Positions 23,234-36,756 are shown, counted from the first letter of the stretch. The stretch is 38,082 bases of DNA from Piptocephalis cylindrospora (GCA_003614145.1 KZ987733.1:1-38082); one strand, 5' to 3'. Numbers and translations: made by a program. The notes: a model not told the origin generated them from the letters alone.

Positions 23234-26200
23234 TCAGACATAGTAAGAGGGAGAGACGAGAAGATCGGAGAGAAGGACCAGTTGATCTTCCGTGAACTGC
23301 TCCCTATCCAAAACCCACGTATCCTGATGAGTCCTCTTAAAAGAATTGAATGTTTCCCGGACTGTTGACTAGAGTGAGGAAAGGAGAAGTGGTTAGCTGT
23401 CTGACCAGAGTGATTGGACAATAAGGTTCATCTCTCCCTTGCTTTACCTGGATGGGCTCAGGATCATTGCTACCCTTGGCCACAAGCACCAAGCACTCTG
23501 GCATCCATAAGGGTACCTCATAGGGATATGCCTTGATGAGACAGGACAGCCCAAGGATGGCAGAATGTCGCTCTTGGATAGCCAACTGCCGTTTCCTTCC
23601 CCTCTCCTCCTGCTCAACATCAGATTCTCCTCGGTCAGCCTTGGCCACGAAAGCCCGTTTTCTCGACCGAGGAACGCTTACGCGATTTAGCGTGGCCTCG
23701 AAGGTTCCCTTCAATCGATCAATCATCCCCCTGCCCTCCCCTTCATCCCCTCCACATACGCTAGGGCAGCATCGGATCAACCCGGCCAAAGTATCTGCTG
23801 CTCTCTTTCTCACTTCCACCTGCTCATCCCCCAGCATCTCAGCTACCCGACGTACTACCCTTTCCCGAAGATTTAAGTCAAGGAACGTAAGTTTACGGAA
23901 AACGAGGACCTGAAGCATTTGTAAGGTTCTATCTCGGATGTGCCAGGATGAATGGGTGAGGAGTATGGTGTTGGTACATCCCTTACCCCCTTGCATATCC
24001 TCCTGCTGGGTGGAAAGTGGGCCTTGAATCGCCCCTCGGAGGAGCACCTCCACTACCGCCCTAACCCCCTCCTGGTCTGGATAAGGGTATTGAGCAATAT
24101 CGGCAAGGACCTTAGTCACCATATCCTGGAGTTCCGTGTCGTCCGAGAGCTCTAGCAGCCCAAGAATGAATGGAAGTAGCTGAGGGACATGTGATAATGC
24201 CCAATGCGTCGGATAAGGTCTGGTAAGGCAGGCATGCGCCCATTGCAGGACGGTTTGACAGGCATTGCGATAGTCGGAAGATCCTTGAACCACCGGGCGA
24301 TCCGTCATCTCCGCCAACCGATACAGGATAAACTCGATATTGTTCTTTCCTGATTGTTGGGCTTCAATAAGCATTACCTTCTCTTCTCCTAGGACCACAC
24401 TATCTTCGGAGACGATCTGATAAAGAGCCAGTATATCTCCAATAACACGACGTACTTGGAGGAAAGGATGGTCTAAGGCAAGCCAGGCCTCTCGGAAGGC
24501 TCTGACTTCGTCCAGGTAAGGCTCAAGTCGCCAGGTCAGGGTCTTAACTAGGGTACGACGAAAAAGTAGTTTGCTCGTCTCTAGGAATCCCGCATCCGTG
24601 GACCGATCCATATATGTCCCCCTCAATACCAATCGGATCAAAGGCTCATTTCTCAGCGGGTCTCTATCCTCAAGGGAAAAACGTAAGAAGGACCCCCAGT
24701 GTCTCAAGGTCTCTGGGGTAAGAAGAGTGGAGAATCCCAAAGGTCTTGTTCCTCCCGCATCTTGATCATCCGTATTAACCGAAGAATCGGTCAAGGAGAA
24801 TACCCGGCTAAGCAGAGGAGAAACAGATTCCCAAAGTTTTCCCCGATCTTCCCTCCCCCAGTGCTTGCTCCCGCGCATCAGCCCAGCCAAAGCCTCTGAT
24901 GCCACCTTTTGATGGGCCCCCTCCCCTGTGGCCTCACGAACAACCTCCTGCACGATAGGAAGAAGCCCTTCATTGCCCACCTGTGCCCCAAGACATTTGC
25001 ATATCGTTGAGTAGAGTCTGGCGGCGGAGGAGGAAAATCCTGGGATGCCCCCTCCCTTCCCTCCACCCGTCTCAGCCTCCTGGATCTGTAGATGTAAGTA
25101 TCTCCTCCACCACCCTGCATCCTGGAGCTGGTGAACCAAATAAGCAAGGATTTTCTCCCCAAAACTATCTGGATCAAAGCTGATGTAAGCCTTGGGGGAA
25201 TCCCAAGTGATTACCTCAGAGTAGACTTTGTACCCTGACGTAGGCCATGTTCCCTTCCATCCCAAGTGCACTTTGTCCTGGTAAAGCTTCTTGCTTCCTT
25301 TATCCTCTGCCAGGCTATATGGAGTCGGAGAGTGGTGCCAATACTTGGTCTTGGATCCTTGATTCCCCAATTCTTTAAGGACGAGTAAGAGCTTCTCCAA
25401 GACTTGCGCTCCCGATCGACGAATCCAACTGACCTCGGAGGTCATAGCCTCCATCGCCATCCTCGTCACAATCATTTCTGGCTCTTCCTCATTGTCTCCC
25501 CCTGTCACTACCTCTGCTTGCCTGCCTCCTCCCAGAGACAGTGCAACCCTCCCAGTCATTTCCAAGACCCGGCGTCGGTACCTCCATCCTTGAGCGCCTT
25601 TGGTCCAATGGGATTCGAGCCACCGGACCAATTGTTGTCTTCCTCTCACATTCTCATCCTCTCTTTGAACAATCCAGTCCTTGACCAAGCCTTCAAGTCT
25701 CGTCACCATGCTCTCCTCATGCTTCCTGGCCCAAGCAGATATTGTATCCCTTTGCCATGCATTATCTCCCTGAGTTCCAAGGGTTTTGGGGCACTTGAGA
25801 TTCCACAGGGTCCAATGGTGCGAGACCTTATCTTCCAAGTAATCATAAGCTTGCTTCACCATTGCTTGAAATTTGGCCTTTTCCTCTTCTTCCAGGCGTA
25901 GAAATGCCGGGACCCACCGGATCATCCATCTCCATTCCCTACCACAGGCTCTAGAACACGTGGTAATACCGGCCAGGAGTCTTAGCGCCCCTTCTACCCG
26001 AATATCCTCTCCTTTTTCTGGTGATGAAGAGAAAGCAGTTCAGTCGATTGATTGATGTTGAAGAAATAGAAAGAAAGGAATAGAGGAAACTATAACCGTC
26101 CGATAATCCATCCCAGAGCACTTACTGTAGGATTCAACCACTTGAAGGGACCCTTCGATGACGACCTCCCTCCAGGTCCGACATTGGTTGACAAGTTGTT

Positions 26201-29200
26201 TCAGTCCACGAGCTCCCGCATTCTGCACCTCCGTGTAATCACTCGTTCCAATAGCGATCAGAGCATGGACAAGATCAGTGCGTATTTTTAGGATCCCTTC
26301 GGAGACTCCCCGGCCCTGTCGACTGGCATTGTATGCAATTCGACGGTGATGATAGAGGCCAACAGAGTATACTAAAAGGAACCTGGATCCCCTTTTCCTG
26401 TCTAGATCACCCTCACCAGCCCAGGAGGCCCGGCGGAAGCCTTGCAAGGCCATGTTTGACTCTACCTCTTGGGCCGACATTCCCCTTTCCACGAGGATAT
26501 TGACGGCAAGAGCCGAGAGAGAGGAGAGGACGTATACCTCTCCAGGGTACTGGGAGACGAGAAGGTAAGTGGCGTGGGTGACCAACCGGCCGATCCGATG
26601 CCGTAACTTCCTGACATATTCGACCTCCTCGGGATTCAGACCTTTGGCATTTCCCGATTTGGCACCCGTAAAGAACCGTGGCTCCGCAGCTTGCTCCTCC
26701 TGCTCCAAATCCTGGGCATCATGAGCTTGGAAGAACATGGTGACGCAAAGATCCTCATCCTCAGGGACCAGAGTTCCCATAGCGTCGATTCCGGCAACTA
26801 TCCAGGGGATGTACCGTTCAAGTTCAAGGATCAAATCCTTCCTTCCTCCTTTCCCATCCCCTTCAAGGCTCTCTATTACATTTTGCATTTTATCTACCGC
26901 CACCTCCACAACATCACGGATAAGCTGGATGGCTTGATTTAAGGCAGCAGTAGTTGGGATCTTCCATTGCACCCCATCTCCGGCTCCAACTTGGCCCTGA
27001 CGAAGGATTTCCATTGGAATCGACGTATGCCAATGTCGATAATGCTCCTTTTCCTCTTCTTCTCCCACAATGGCACGGGCCTCCATAAGCTCGATTTCCA
27101 CAAGCTGACGCAGCCAGTAGGCCAGGAGCTGACTGGAGGCCTGGACACTGGATCTGGACCTACACCGATCCATGGCTATGAGTAGGAGGTCTTGTAGATC
27201 CTGAGCATAGGGCAAGGAAGCGTTTGGATCCTTGAGGAGGCCAATCACCTGATGTAAAATATGCAAAAACCAAAGTAGAGATCTCTCCCTCCTGGCAGCC
27301 CCGCCATGACCGCCTACATCTCCCCCCGCCCCTCCTTCAAGCTCTTCCAGGATCCGGTCCTTACAAAGTTCAACAAAAGGTTCAGACCCCTGAAGTCGCG
27401 TAAGTAAGCCACACAAAAGCCCCACATCCTGCATAGTATCACGGGAAAGAACAGTTTCCTCCACCCAGCCCAGGACGAGCCGCCGTAGCATCCCCAAGAG
27501 CCCCTGGGAACATTGCGCTAGCACGATGGAGATGGAAGCCTAAAAGTGTGTGTGTGTGTGTATGTGTGTGTGTGTAAGTCTAGGGGGAAATAAAGAGCTA
27601 CAAGGGTGGCACAATGGAAAACACACTCTCATTCCTAATAGCCATGCAATAAAAGGCCAACCTACCTTAATCATCGTCAGAACACTTTGCACTTGTGTAT
27701 CCCGGAAAGAGCCCTCCTCTCGTTCTGGGACGCTCTCGAGAATGGCCCAAACACGAGAGATAAACTCACTGAGCCATTGCGCCATTTCCCCTGTGCTTAG
27801 CCGACACGCTTCATCCTCTTCATCACTCGGACCATCTCCTGCCGTCGATTGGAGGATGGATGCATCCTCAAAGCGTATTCCCAAGGCTGTTCCGGCAATG
27901 AAAAGACAAGAGGCTCGGGTCTTTCCCGCATCATTAGTATCCAAGCCAGGGAGGGCAAGGTAGAGTAGGGGCATCAAGTGTCTCCCGCCTTGAGGGTAAT
28001 GAGTACGGGAAAAGAGAGGCTTGGCACAAGCTCCCAAGGTCCCAAGGATAGCCGGGGTACGATGGGTCTCAGTGACCGCCTCGGTGGATAGGGAATGATA
28101 ACTATGAGAAAGTAGCTTGGGGGCCACTGTCTCTGGGGAGAAAACTAATCAGATAGATAGAAATGAATAAGTGAATGGGTGTGGTGTAGGACGAAAGGAA
28201 TACAGCGGTGAAGCTTCATTTAGAAGTTTATATGCATAAACGACTTACACATCAAGTAACGGAGGATGGATTGACATTGATGGGTCACCCAGTTATCTTT
28301 ACCAAAGAGACCTAGGTAGGCCAGAGGCTGGATCCACTCAGAAAAGAGGGTAAGATCCTCAGGGAGTAGTTTCCAATTGTCAGCGCAGTTATACTTGTCA
28401 GAGGTTTGATACAAGAGCCGGCCATAGAGATGACCACACAACCCATGGAGGAAGTTGAAGAGTGGAGAAGTCCAGGGGCCATGGTTGGAGGGATGGAAGT
28501 ATGTTTCATGGGCCCTAAGGAGGTCCCCCAACGTCCCAAGACTCCCTGGCTCCTGGCCATCCCGTAGTCTCAGGGATTCCCCAGGAACAATGGTGTAAAT
28601 AAGGAAGAACGAAGCCACATTGGATGTTTCCTATATATATATATATAATGGGGATAGAGAATGAGTACAAGAGGTTGAAGTGAATTGTGATGACACGAAG
28701 CATTCTAGCCTCCCTTTCATCTCATTTTGATCCACACATACCACAATACGACCAATGACAGTGGCGTCACAGTCATTGCTGGTGGGAACATAGGAAAAGA
28801 GGCCACGTCCAGGCATGGTGCCTACGGGGACACGGAAGAACCGGTGGATGGCATCGATGGCTTGTGTGTGCCTTGGGCCCTGAGTAAGGCCTAGGTCAAC
28901 AACGTCACCCTTGATGTGCTTCGCAACCCTTCCAAGTAGATCTAGTAAGTCGACGTCCCAGGAATCACTGTGAGTTAGATGAGGCCAAAGACGAAAGACA
29001 TGCGGAAGGAAGACACGGGCCGATGTAAGGGTGGTGGGGAGAAATTGACAGAGCCACTGCAGGGCTGATTCGGTGATATCCAGATTGGGAAAGTAAAGGG
29101 AAGGGATAAACTCATCCAAGATCTCCTGGGTGCTATCAGAGGGGAAGAAACTACGGAAGAAAACATAGATGATGATGAGAGGAGCAGATAATAAATGGGA

Positions 29201-29769
29201 AGAGAAGCATTGAAATAGCATACTTTGACATGTGCGTGGGAAGCCGAGTTAATGGACTATCGTATGTTCTGACCAAGAAGAAGATATGATGATATGAGTT
29301 GTAAAAGAGACGCAGAAAGCGTGTCTTTAGTGTATCGAGAGAACACCACTTAGCCCCATGCTAACAAAGATGAATACTTACTTTTTAAATAGAAAGGAGC
29401 GACGACGACGCTTATCCAACAGTACCCGTTTCATTTTCCCATACAACGGACGCCAGGGCAAGGTCATATCCGAAGGATCAAGACGATGCTCCTTCCTATT
29501 TTTAGTCGTGCGATGTCAGTATTATCAGCATTATACTATGTAAGTTTCCGTGAAGATTGCCATGAAAGACCCATAAGGTTGCCTAGGAAAAGCAGTGACT
29601 TACCGAGAAATGTGCAGAAGAAGGGTGGTCCACTCGTGAATGGCCCCTGCTGAAGGAGCGTCCGAGGTAATGAGGGCGTAGAGGATAGTGCTAAATTCCG
29701 CACGAGCGGCTCGATCAAGTGGATAATTGAAGACAATGTAACTGAACGATGAGAGTTAGTGGTGATGGT

Positions 29770-29815
<46 letters not shown>

Positions 29816-30081
29816 AAGGGAGGAGCGGGTCAGCAATCCTTGATGAACATAGACCATTTCCGTCTTAATCTACGTAATAGCTAGAAAATGATCATGACCT
29901 ACTGATTTAAGGATCGAGTCCATCGAAGGCACCCTAGCCAGTCACCCGCGGCAAGATGGCCAGCAAGTCTGGTACGGATTTGGGTCAGCCAGTTAGTCGC
30001 TTCATCCTCAGGGATCGTGTAAGGAAGCTGCTTCGTGTAGTCAAAGGGATATTCCCCGGATCCATAATCTACGAGTTGCAT
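23234..30081 (-). CDS. BLM10: Proteasome activator Blm10/PA200 (PSME4), multi-exon (about ten introns)
   Basis: Motifs across exons: YTKQLPY, LPWRPLY, HETYFHPSNHGPW, HLMPLLYLALPGLDTNDAGKT, SSWHIR...LQVLVFR, DEQVEVR..AADTLAGLIRC, RHSAILGLSCLIKAYPYEVPLWMP. The last exon (23368-23234) reads FKRTHQDTW..DREQFTEDQL..LSDLLVSPSYYV*, with the C-terminal YYX proteasome-docking motif. Confidence 0.93.
27546..27575. repeat. (GT/CA)n microsatellite in a BLM10 intron
   Basis: gtgtgtgtgtgtgtgtatgtgtgtgtgtgt immediately next to the 3' splice site. Confidence 0.9.
28632..28647. repeat. (TA)n microsatellite in a BLM10 intron
   Basis: tatatatatatatata abutting the acceptor AG on the minus strand. Confidence 0.85.
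29772..29808. repeat. (GA/TC)n microsatellite in BLM10 intron 1
   Basis: About 18 GA units, upstream (minus strand) of a CTAAC branch point. Confidence 0.9.
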
Positions 30082-30336
30082 TGGGTGGTTGGCAATGGAC
30101 AATACCAGGAGAGCAGTAGGATGGTCTAAGTCACAATAGGCAGGAGCAGGAGCAGGAGCAGAGAGGGGAGAGGATGACTCAGATTAATCGGTCGAGAAAA
30201 GGAGAAGCACGATCAGATCTGAAAAGGAAATATTAACGAAAAGGAGGATCCAAAGCAGGCGGATCCGGAGCGAGAGATGAAGGACGAGAAGGGGATGACG
30301 ATGGACAGATCAGTCTCCTGGTTGGTGTCCACTACA

Positions 30337-30344
30337 TATTTATA
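30337..30344 (-). promoter_or_regulatory. Possible TATA box (TATAAATA) of BLM10
   Basis: TATAAATA on the minus strand ~255 bp upstream of the ATG at 30081, followed by a pyrimidine-rich leader. Confidence 0.4.
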
Positions 30345-32322
30345 CCTCCCACGTCCCCTAAGCCACCAGTGAGCCGAGATCCCCGATAAAGAAAGGGTGT
30401 GGAGGCCAGTGAGGTCAGCCGCCTCATTATCTTACCTAGCTGGATGTATGTGTCGGGGTTGGCCATCCACGGTTAATCTTTAACATAAGGTGTACACAAT
30501 TGGCCCACTCTTCCAGCCTCATCTTATCTCGACTCAGCGTGTATGGGTAACTCGCCAGCCTTCTCCTGAAAATACATTTCTTTCAAGGAGATGAAGAGAT
30601 TAGGCTCGGAAGAAGGCAATATTAAGGAGCTATGATCAAAGCACCCGTGAGTATCCGCTACTGTTTAGGATATACTTCGTGAGGCGGACAATTTGAAAGG
30701 GCGCGGGACATATTGTTCGTTCGTGCAAGAAGAAGTGTATTGTGGCCGTGAGAATGCCGAGGTGTGGCTCACCGAGTCGAGTTTACTTGGGGCCTTTGTT
30801 TATACTATGGCCCTAAGCCCATGTCCCTCAGCCATCCGAAGCATGGCTACGAACTTGCAGGCTATGCACAGTATGTTGCTTGATCTAATCGCAAGTCCGC
30901 TCAACACACTAGCCTCCGTAGCGACAAATACTCTCATCAGTCCTTATTATTTCCACTTGACCTTATCCCTAGCGCACGAGGTCATTCATACGGTAATGCT
31001 CATCGTTCAAGGGGCTCTTTCATGCATTTGGAACACAAGTATCGTATCCAGCCAGGGAGACCTTCATTTCCTAAATGCCCTAGGTCATCTATGTGTAGGA
31101 ATTCATTGCACAATGTGGAACACAGACCTTTTATTCAAGGGCCACAAGTAGCTTTTCCCCAACGTCGGGCCGGAGTAAATGAGGAAAACTGGATCATGGG
31201 ATTAGGCCGTCGTTGTATCTTAAGCATATTATAATATGAAGGTTATGGCAGATGCAACCTCTGATCATTTTGAACATGACGACTCGACCTCATCTTATTT
31301 CCCACATTCTTCACATCCCGACCTCTCTTGCCGCCCTGAGTAAAGTCCTTGGGCTGTTCAATGCCCACGACAGATCAGTGAGAATTGGAAATGACCCATA
31401 CTCTGCATAACAAGGATGAGCCTCTATCTCTATTGGCATCAGATACAATCGAGGGTATACGGCTGTAGAAGAGGAAAAGATCGGAGATACCTGGGGAAAT
31501 CTTGGTTACATTCAAGGGCAGCTAGTACGGCACTACGGGTATTCTTGGATGATGATCGTCCACTCAGAAATATCAAGCCCCACCTTACATTGGTATTCTT
31601 ACCCCACTGGTTCCTCTTGGAATTTTAATCCATGATGTGGAATGCTCCAGAGATATAAGAGGCGAATAAGGTTGATATGGTGTGGTTTTTTACAACGCCA
31701 TCTCCGACTAGGACTCTTACCCTACCTCTTCCCTAATCATTCCTTCCAATGGATCTCACGCTTACCAGTTTCTCAAAAGTAAACCAATACCCAGGGAGTA
31801 TGAGCTGGTGATCAGTCCATGCACCCACTTTTTCATGTCAGATGGGAAAGCGGAAGGCATGCATGTAAGCCATTTCCTACTCATCAACTCAGTATAAGAG
31901 TCGGAGTTTTGAACGGTGCTCATCAGCTATCCAGTTGCGGAGAGCGAAGATCAAGCACAGAGGATCTGTAAGCAGCTGAGATGGATATAGTAAGAGGGGC
32001 CGTATTCAGGGCAAGACAAGCGTCATTGGCTCCATCTCAATGCATAGTGGAAAGTGCACCAGCAGTAGGATAGGTGGGAATGGGAGGTATCAGTGCAAAT
32101 GCACCTCGATGCCAAGCCTAAAGGCTATAGTGCCATGAGAACAGCTCTTCTCCCATGCCAGCAGAGTTAAATAGAGGCAAGGTGGAAGTACTTTTTCTCT
32201 CATCCCATCCTACCCACTCTCCAAACCATCCAACCGCACCTCTCCACTCCTTCCTTTCTTCAGAGTTCTGATATCCCTTTTCCCAAATTTCTTCGCCGCG
32301 CGACACTCTCCTCTCCTTCACT

Positions 32323-32532
32323 ATGAAGCTCTTCTCCGTCCTGTGTATCTCCGTCATGCTGGCCATGCCCTTGATCATTTCTGCTGCTCCCACTCCTAAC
32401 CCTGATGGTATGCCGGAAGGTAGTGCTAGTGATATTCCTGATAAGGATAATAGCTCCGCTCCTCATCGTGATCCGGTAACTCTCGCTGCCGCCAACGAGA
32501 AAGCACAAGAGAATTTGCGCAATCAGCAATGA
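32323..32532 (+). CDS. Small secreted protein, 69 aa, unknown function
   Basis: Classic signal peptide MKLFSVLCISVMLAMPLIISA followed by AP (typical fungal secreted N-terminus). Preceded by a CT-rich leader like the other genes here. The mature part is hydrophilic and Cys-free. Confidence 0.7.
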   Translation: MKLFSVLCISVMLAMPLIISAAPTPNPDGMPEGSASDIPDKDNSSAPHRDPVTLAAANEKAQENLRNQQ

Positions 32533-33314
32533 GACAGCACGATAAAGGCAAAGGGAGAGATGATTTTAAGGGTGATTCGGTATGTACAAGCCATGGCAAA
32601 AATAATGGTCGTACATGCCCAATCCCGAAGGGCAGGGAGCTTGGCGCTAGAACCTACGTCAAAGAAAAGCTTGACTTTAGGTTCTTACCACCCAAGCCCG
32701 CTCACTTTCTCCCCATCTTGCTCCCCTTGTGATCGTGTGGATTTTCCAGGGATCTCTGGCCAAAGTATGTTCGTGAAATTGACAGTCACCCCCTTGGTTT
32801 TTGCTGGGAGCTCATTTTCATCGTACCATGAGTAGGCCTATCAATTGCTGGTATTTCATTGAATCCAAATGGATTTTTATGGCCTATTGTTCTTAGTTGT
32901 AGATAGCATGTGCATAATCGGATCTCTAGCTTTAAAGGAAACTGTATTTTTCCTGGATGCTAAAGTTGCATGCGATAGTTTCTGGTCACACACCATAACA
33001 CACCCTGCTAATTCTCCTACCCACTCTATTTACCATTCAAAGGAATATATATGCGGCCAGTATAGCCAGTGGCCTGTTTAATTAACTAGTTATTGGGTAT
33101 TTCCTGAGATATGATGCATCTCCTCGACCTATTCGGTAGTATACGTTCAAGTTCACTCATTTTGCCAAAATAATGTACAGAAAGACCTGATTATGGTCTG
33201 CTTACTGCCGAAAAGCAAATAGCTGCTTCATTCATCTCATAAATTCAAATAAAATTGGCGCCAACTAAAGCTCATTCTATCCAAGGGTCACACAACGAAA
33301 AGGAAGGTCAATGA

Positions 33315-36300
33315 TCATCGGCCCCGACCAAAGACGGCTCCTAAAAGGTACACCATACTCCCCATGAAGCGAAATAGTGCCAGGGATACGACGCTATAAA
33401 GAATGTAGGAAAAGTAGTGGTTGGCAATGAAGAGACTAGTACGATCGGTGGTAGGATCCGCCTGCATAAGGCTGGAAATTTCGGTGGCCATCACAATGGA
33501 TACTAGGAGACCGTTACTTAAAGCCCAGATTAGTACAAGATTGGTCCTGAATAGTCGCTGGCCATCCTCGAGCTTGGTCCTCGCATCCCGCTTTCCGCTG
33601 GGAATGGCTCTTTCAGTCTGCAGGATAGACAGCTCCTCCCCATATACCGCGTCTCTATCACACGAGGAGTAGAAGGGAGAGGGGTCGTGAGCGAAGACAT
33701 ATGGATAGGAGATGTGCATGAGAAGAACTTACAAATCCTTTTCTTCCACTGGCATCTGTAGCTTCACCTCCTCAACATCCCCATTTTTGCCCTTTTCTGT
33801 GGCCATGGCTACTCCTAAATCTACATCGACGGAATTGTCGCCTTTGGTGCCCCAGGAAACATCGTGGGTGTTGCAAAAGGCATAAACATTGAGGACATTA
33901 ACGTAGGAGGGAGCCAGAAGCAAGTACTGAAGAAATGAGGTAACCATGTGCCATGGAGAGAGATAGATGAGCGAGACAAGGAGAAGAATGCCATATGTAG
34001 CAGTGATGGACATAATAATGGCGGAAAAGGTTGCGTTATGGAATAGAATGTCCGCGGCACTGAGCAAATGAGTACCCTCGGGTAGAGTTGCTAGAGCTTC
34101 CTTGATGCCCTGTGTAGTGAGCCAAACGGTTCCAAAGAGGATGTAGATCATGATGATCCCGAAAAAGGCAATGGACACAGTGTACAGCCATCTTGACCTA
34201 TTGGGAGTAAGGAAAGCGTGAGTGGAGTTCATATGAAAGTACATATCCCATTACATATTTTTTCTCTCACTCTTACCCTTGAGGCCGATTTCCCATGGAA
34301 CAGATAAAGGTGCTGATAAGGAGGGCGATGTAAAGGTACTCTAGTATTTTGAAAATGATGAGACCTCCATGGTTTCCAATGGGATCTACCTCGGGCTCAC
34401 TCATTGTCTGGCCTAGGAAGAAGAAGGTCAGCCAAAAGTTTCCCTAGGATGATTATATATGGAGGGGATTGAGTAAGAAATGCTTTCAGGGCCACACACC
34501 ATTACCCTATGCTTGATCCTTACCATGGCAAACCAGGAGAAGAATAGACCAAAGGCTATATAGATGCCTTCGACCATAAAGGCAATACATCTCCATCCAC
34601 TGTGATTGCTCTTCCAAATGCGGTTCCAATGGGCTAGGGCATATACTGCGGCAAAGAAAGATCCGTTGAGCCATCTCCTTCGTTGGGAGATTAGCTCGGC
34701 CACGGTATCTGGAACGTCGGTTTCTCCAAAGGCACTCTGAACAAACCGGAGCTTCCACTTTTCACCACGTTTAGCCACCAGCTCAAAGCACAGAATGCGG
34801 TCCTCAGCGAGGTACATGTTGGCCTCGAAAATCCCACCACCTTTCTTCTTTCCTTCTCCATCCTCCCCGGCGGGGCGTGTTCCGTGCAAATTCTCACCCT
34901 TAAAGTAACTAACCAACGGACCATTCCCATTCATGTCTTCCTGTAGGGCCCTCCAGCGATAGGCGGAAAATGCGCCGGGAAGAACGGAGATGTACCCAAA
35001 ACTACTTTCCATGGGTTTATCCAAGAGATTGCTCATCTTGTACTCAAAGTCCTGGGCGGCTACCAGAGGGTTCAAAAGCCTCCACCACCCCTTTCCCTTC
35101 ATCACACGGATCTCCCCACAGGCTCCGCCAACGCGATGATCCACATCAAAAGTCTTCCATAGTCGGTAGATGGACTTATCCCCGGGGCGCGTCCCTACAT
35201 CCAAGAGAACACAAACCTTGGGGTTGAGGAGAGGAGCAAATGCCCGGAAGGCCCAACGGTGGGAATTGAGCTTTTTAGAATTGCGCTCCTTGAGGCAGAA
35301 AAGGATCTGAACAGGCATAAGCCCCCGAGAGGATCCCTTGAGCTTCCCATTAGGATCTACCGAGAGTTGACTGGTGTACTATGGATGACTTAAAATATGA
35401 GTATGGTTTGGTGCCTTCCGAGATACTCCTATCATAGGGACGACCCCGCTCCTAGGGCACATCGCCTTACCTCAAATAAGTGAGCTTGGACCTGCTTGCC
35501 GTTGACAAAATTCTTGGCCACTCCTTCCTGATAGCAACCCATGACAGCTAGTGTGCTAAGAACACGGGAATGACACTTCTTCCTCCCATCAGCGACAATA
35601 ATCACAGAGACCTTCTTCCAGCCCTCTGGGCCCCATACCCGGGACCGTTCGCGGCTGCACAAGTGCGCGATATTTTTCATGACTCCGTGCATAGTACGAC
35701 AGAAGAGCTCATCATCCTCATTGTACATGGTCATGCAGATCATTAGCTCAGTCTCGCGACCAAAGACATTTTGCCGAAGGTTATACCGTTCCCGAACAAA
35801 GTCATCGGGGTCACATGTAACCGCCGAGTAGCGTAGGACTTTGTACTCTTCCTCAGGCTCGGTTCGGGGAACTTGCTGAAGAAGCATTCCAGGGACCGGA
35901 CAATCCACCACAAGTTTCCCGTCCACCAGCTGTATTCTCCTGACTGTACCAATCTGCTTGTTTGTTTTGAGGAGTCGAGGGACAGAAGGAAATAATCTGG
36001 GGATGGAGGAGATGGATAGACCATACGAGGCCAATGCCTGGCCCATTCCAAAAAACGGATCCATGACCGAGGTCTGCCCTGAGCAGGGAACCTCAGGGAT
36101 GGAAGATGATTCTGGGAGAACAAATCCCCCAACACCCCCGTTAGGCTGATGCTGAGGGGAAGGAGCCACGGCGGAGGTATGAGTGGTACCACTATAATTG
36201 GGATCTCTAAGCACAGAGAAGGGAGGGAGTGGGGGCGGGAGTGCTTGCCCACTGGGTCCAAGGTCCTCGTGGGATATATATCGTCTGAGTTGCTCATGAC

Positions 36301-36756
36301 TAGTGATGGAAGCCAATGAGTGATAATCATTCTCGATCTATGCACACCTAGATACTCTCCGATTGGATGGACAAGGCAACCCCACACTTACGATGCACGA
36401 CCTTGAAGTGGAGTGGGCGGGAGCGGATTGTTCTGGGCCGCAGCCAGTGCGGAAGTCCCCGACGGGGCCATATTCATGGGAAGAGGGCCTAATGGGTTAG
36501 TCGAATCAGTAGGACCAGTGGGGGGGTAAACACTGGGGTAGCCGCTGTTGGTGGCACCTGAAGCCGGAAGTGACTGTTGCAGGGCAGCTTGATATTCACT
36601 TGGAAAATAGCCCGACCCATACCCAGATGGGGGAAGCGGTGGAGGATCCATTCCAGGGTCATAGGAGGGCGGGGAGGCAGAGTCGTCGTCTTGCCTTGAT
36701 GATCGTCTGTCTTGGGGATACAGGCTGAAATCGTCTGCGGAAATGGAAGGTAGCAT
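33315..36756 (-). CDS. CHS: Chitin synthase, division 1 (class I/II-like), about six exons
   Basis: [110 protein letters not shown] and HDVSWGTKG. Pro/Ser-rich N-terminus, no myosin or cytochrome b5 domain. The start codon and first intron acceptor are less certain. Confidence 0.95.

Noticed and set aside
30361..30370. GGTGGC word upstream of BLM10 resembling an Rpn4/PACE site
   Set aside because: Only the 6-bp core matches (GGTGGCTT versus GGTGGCAAA), which is expected by chance.
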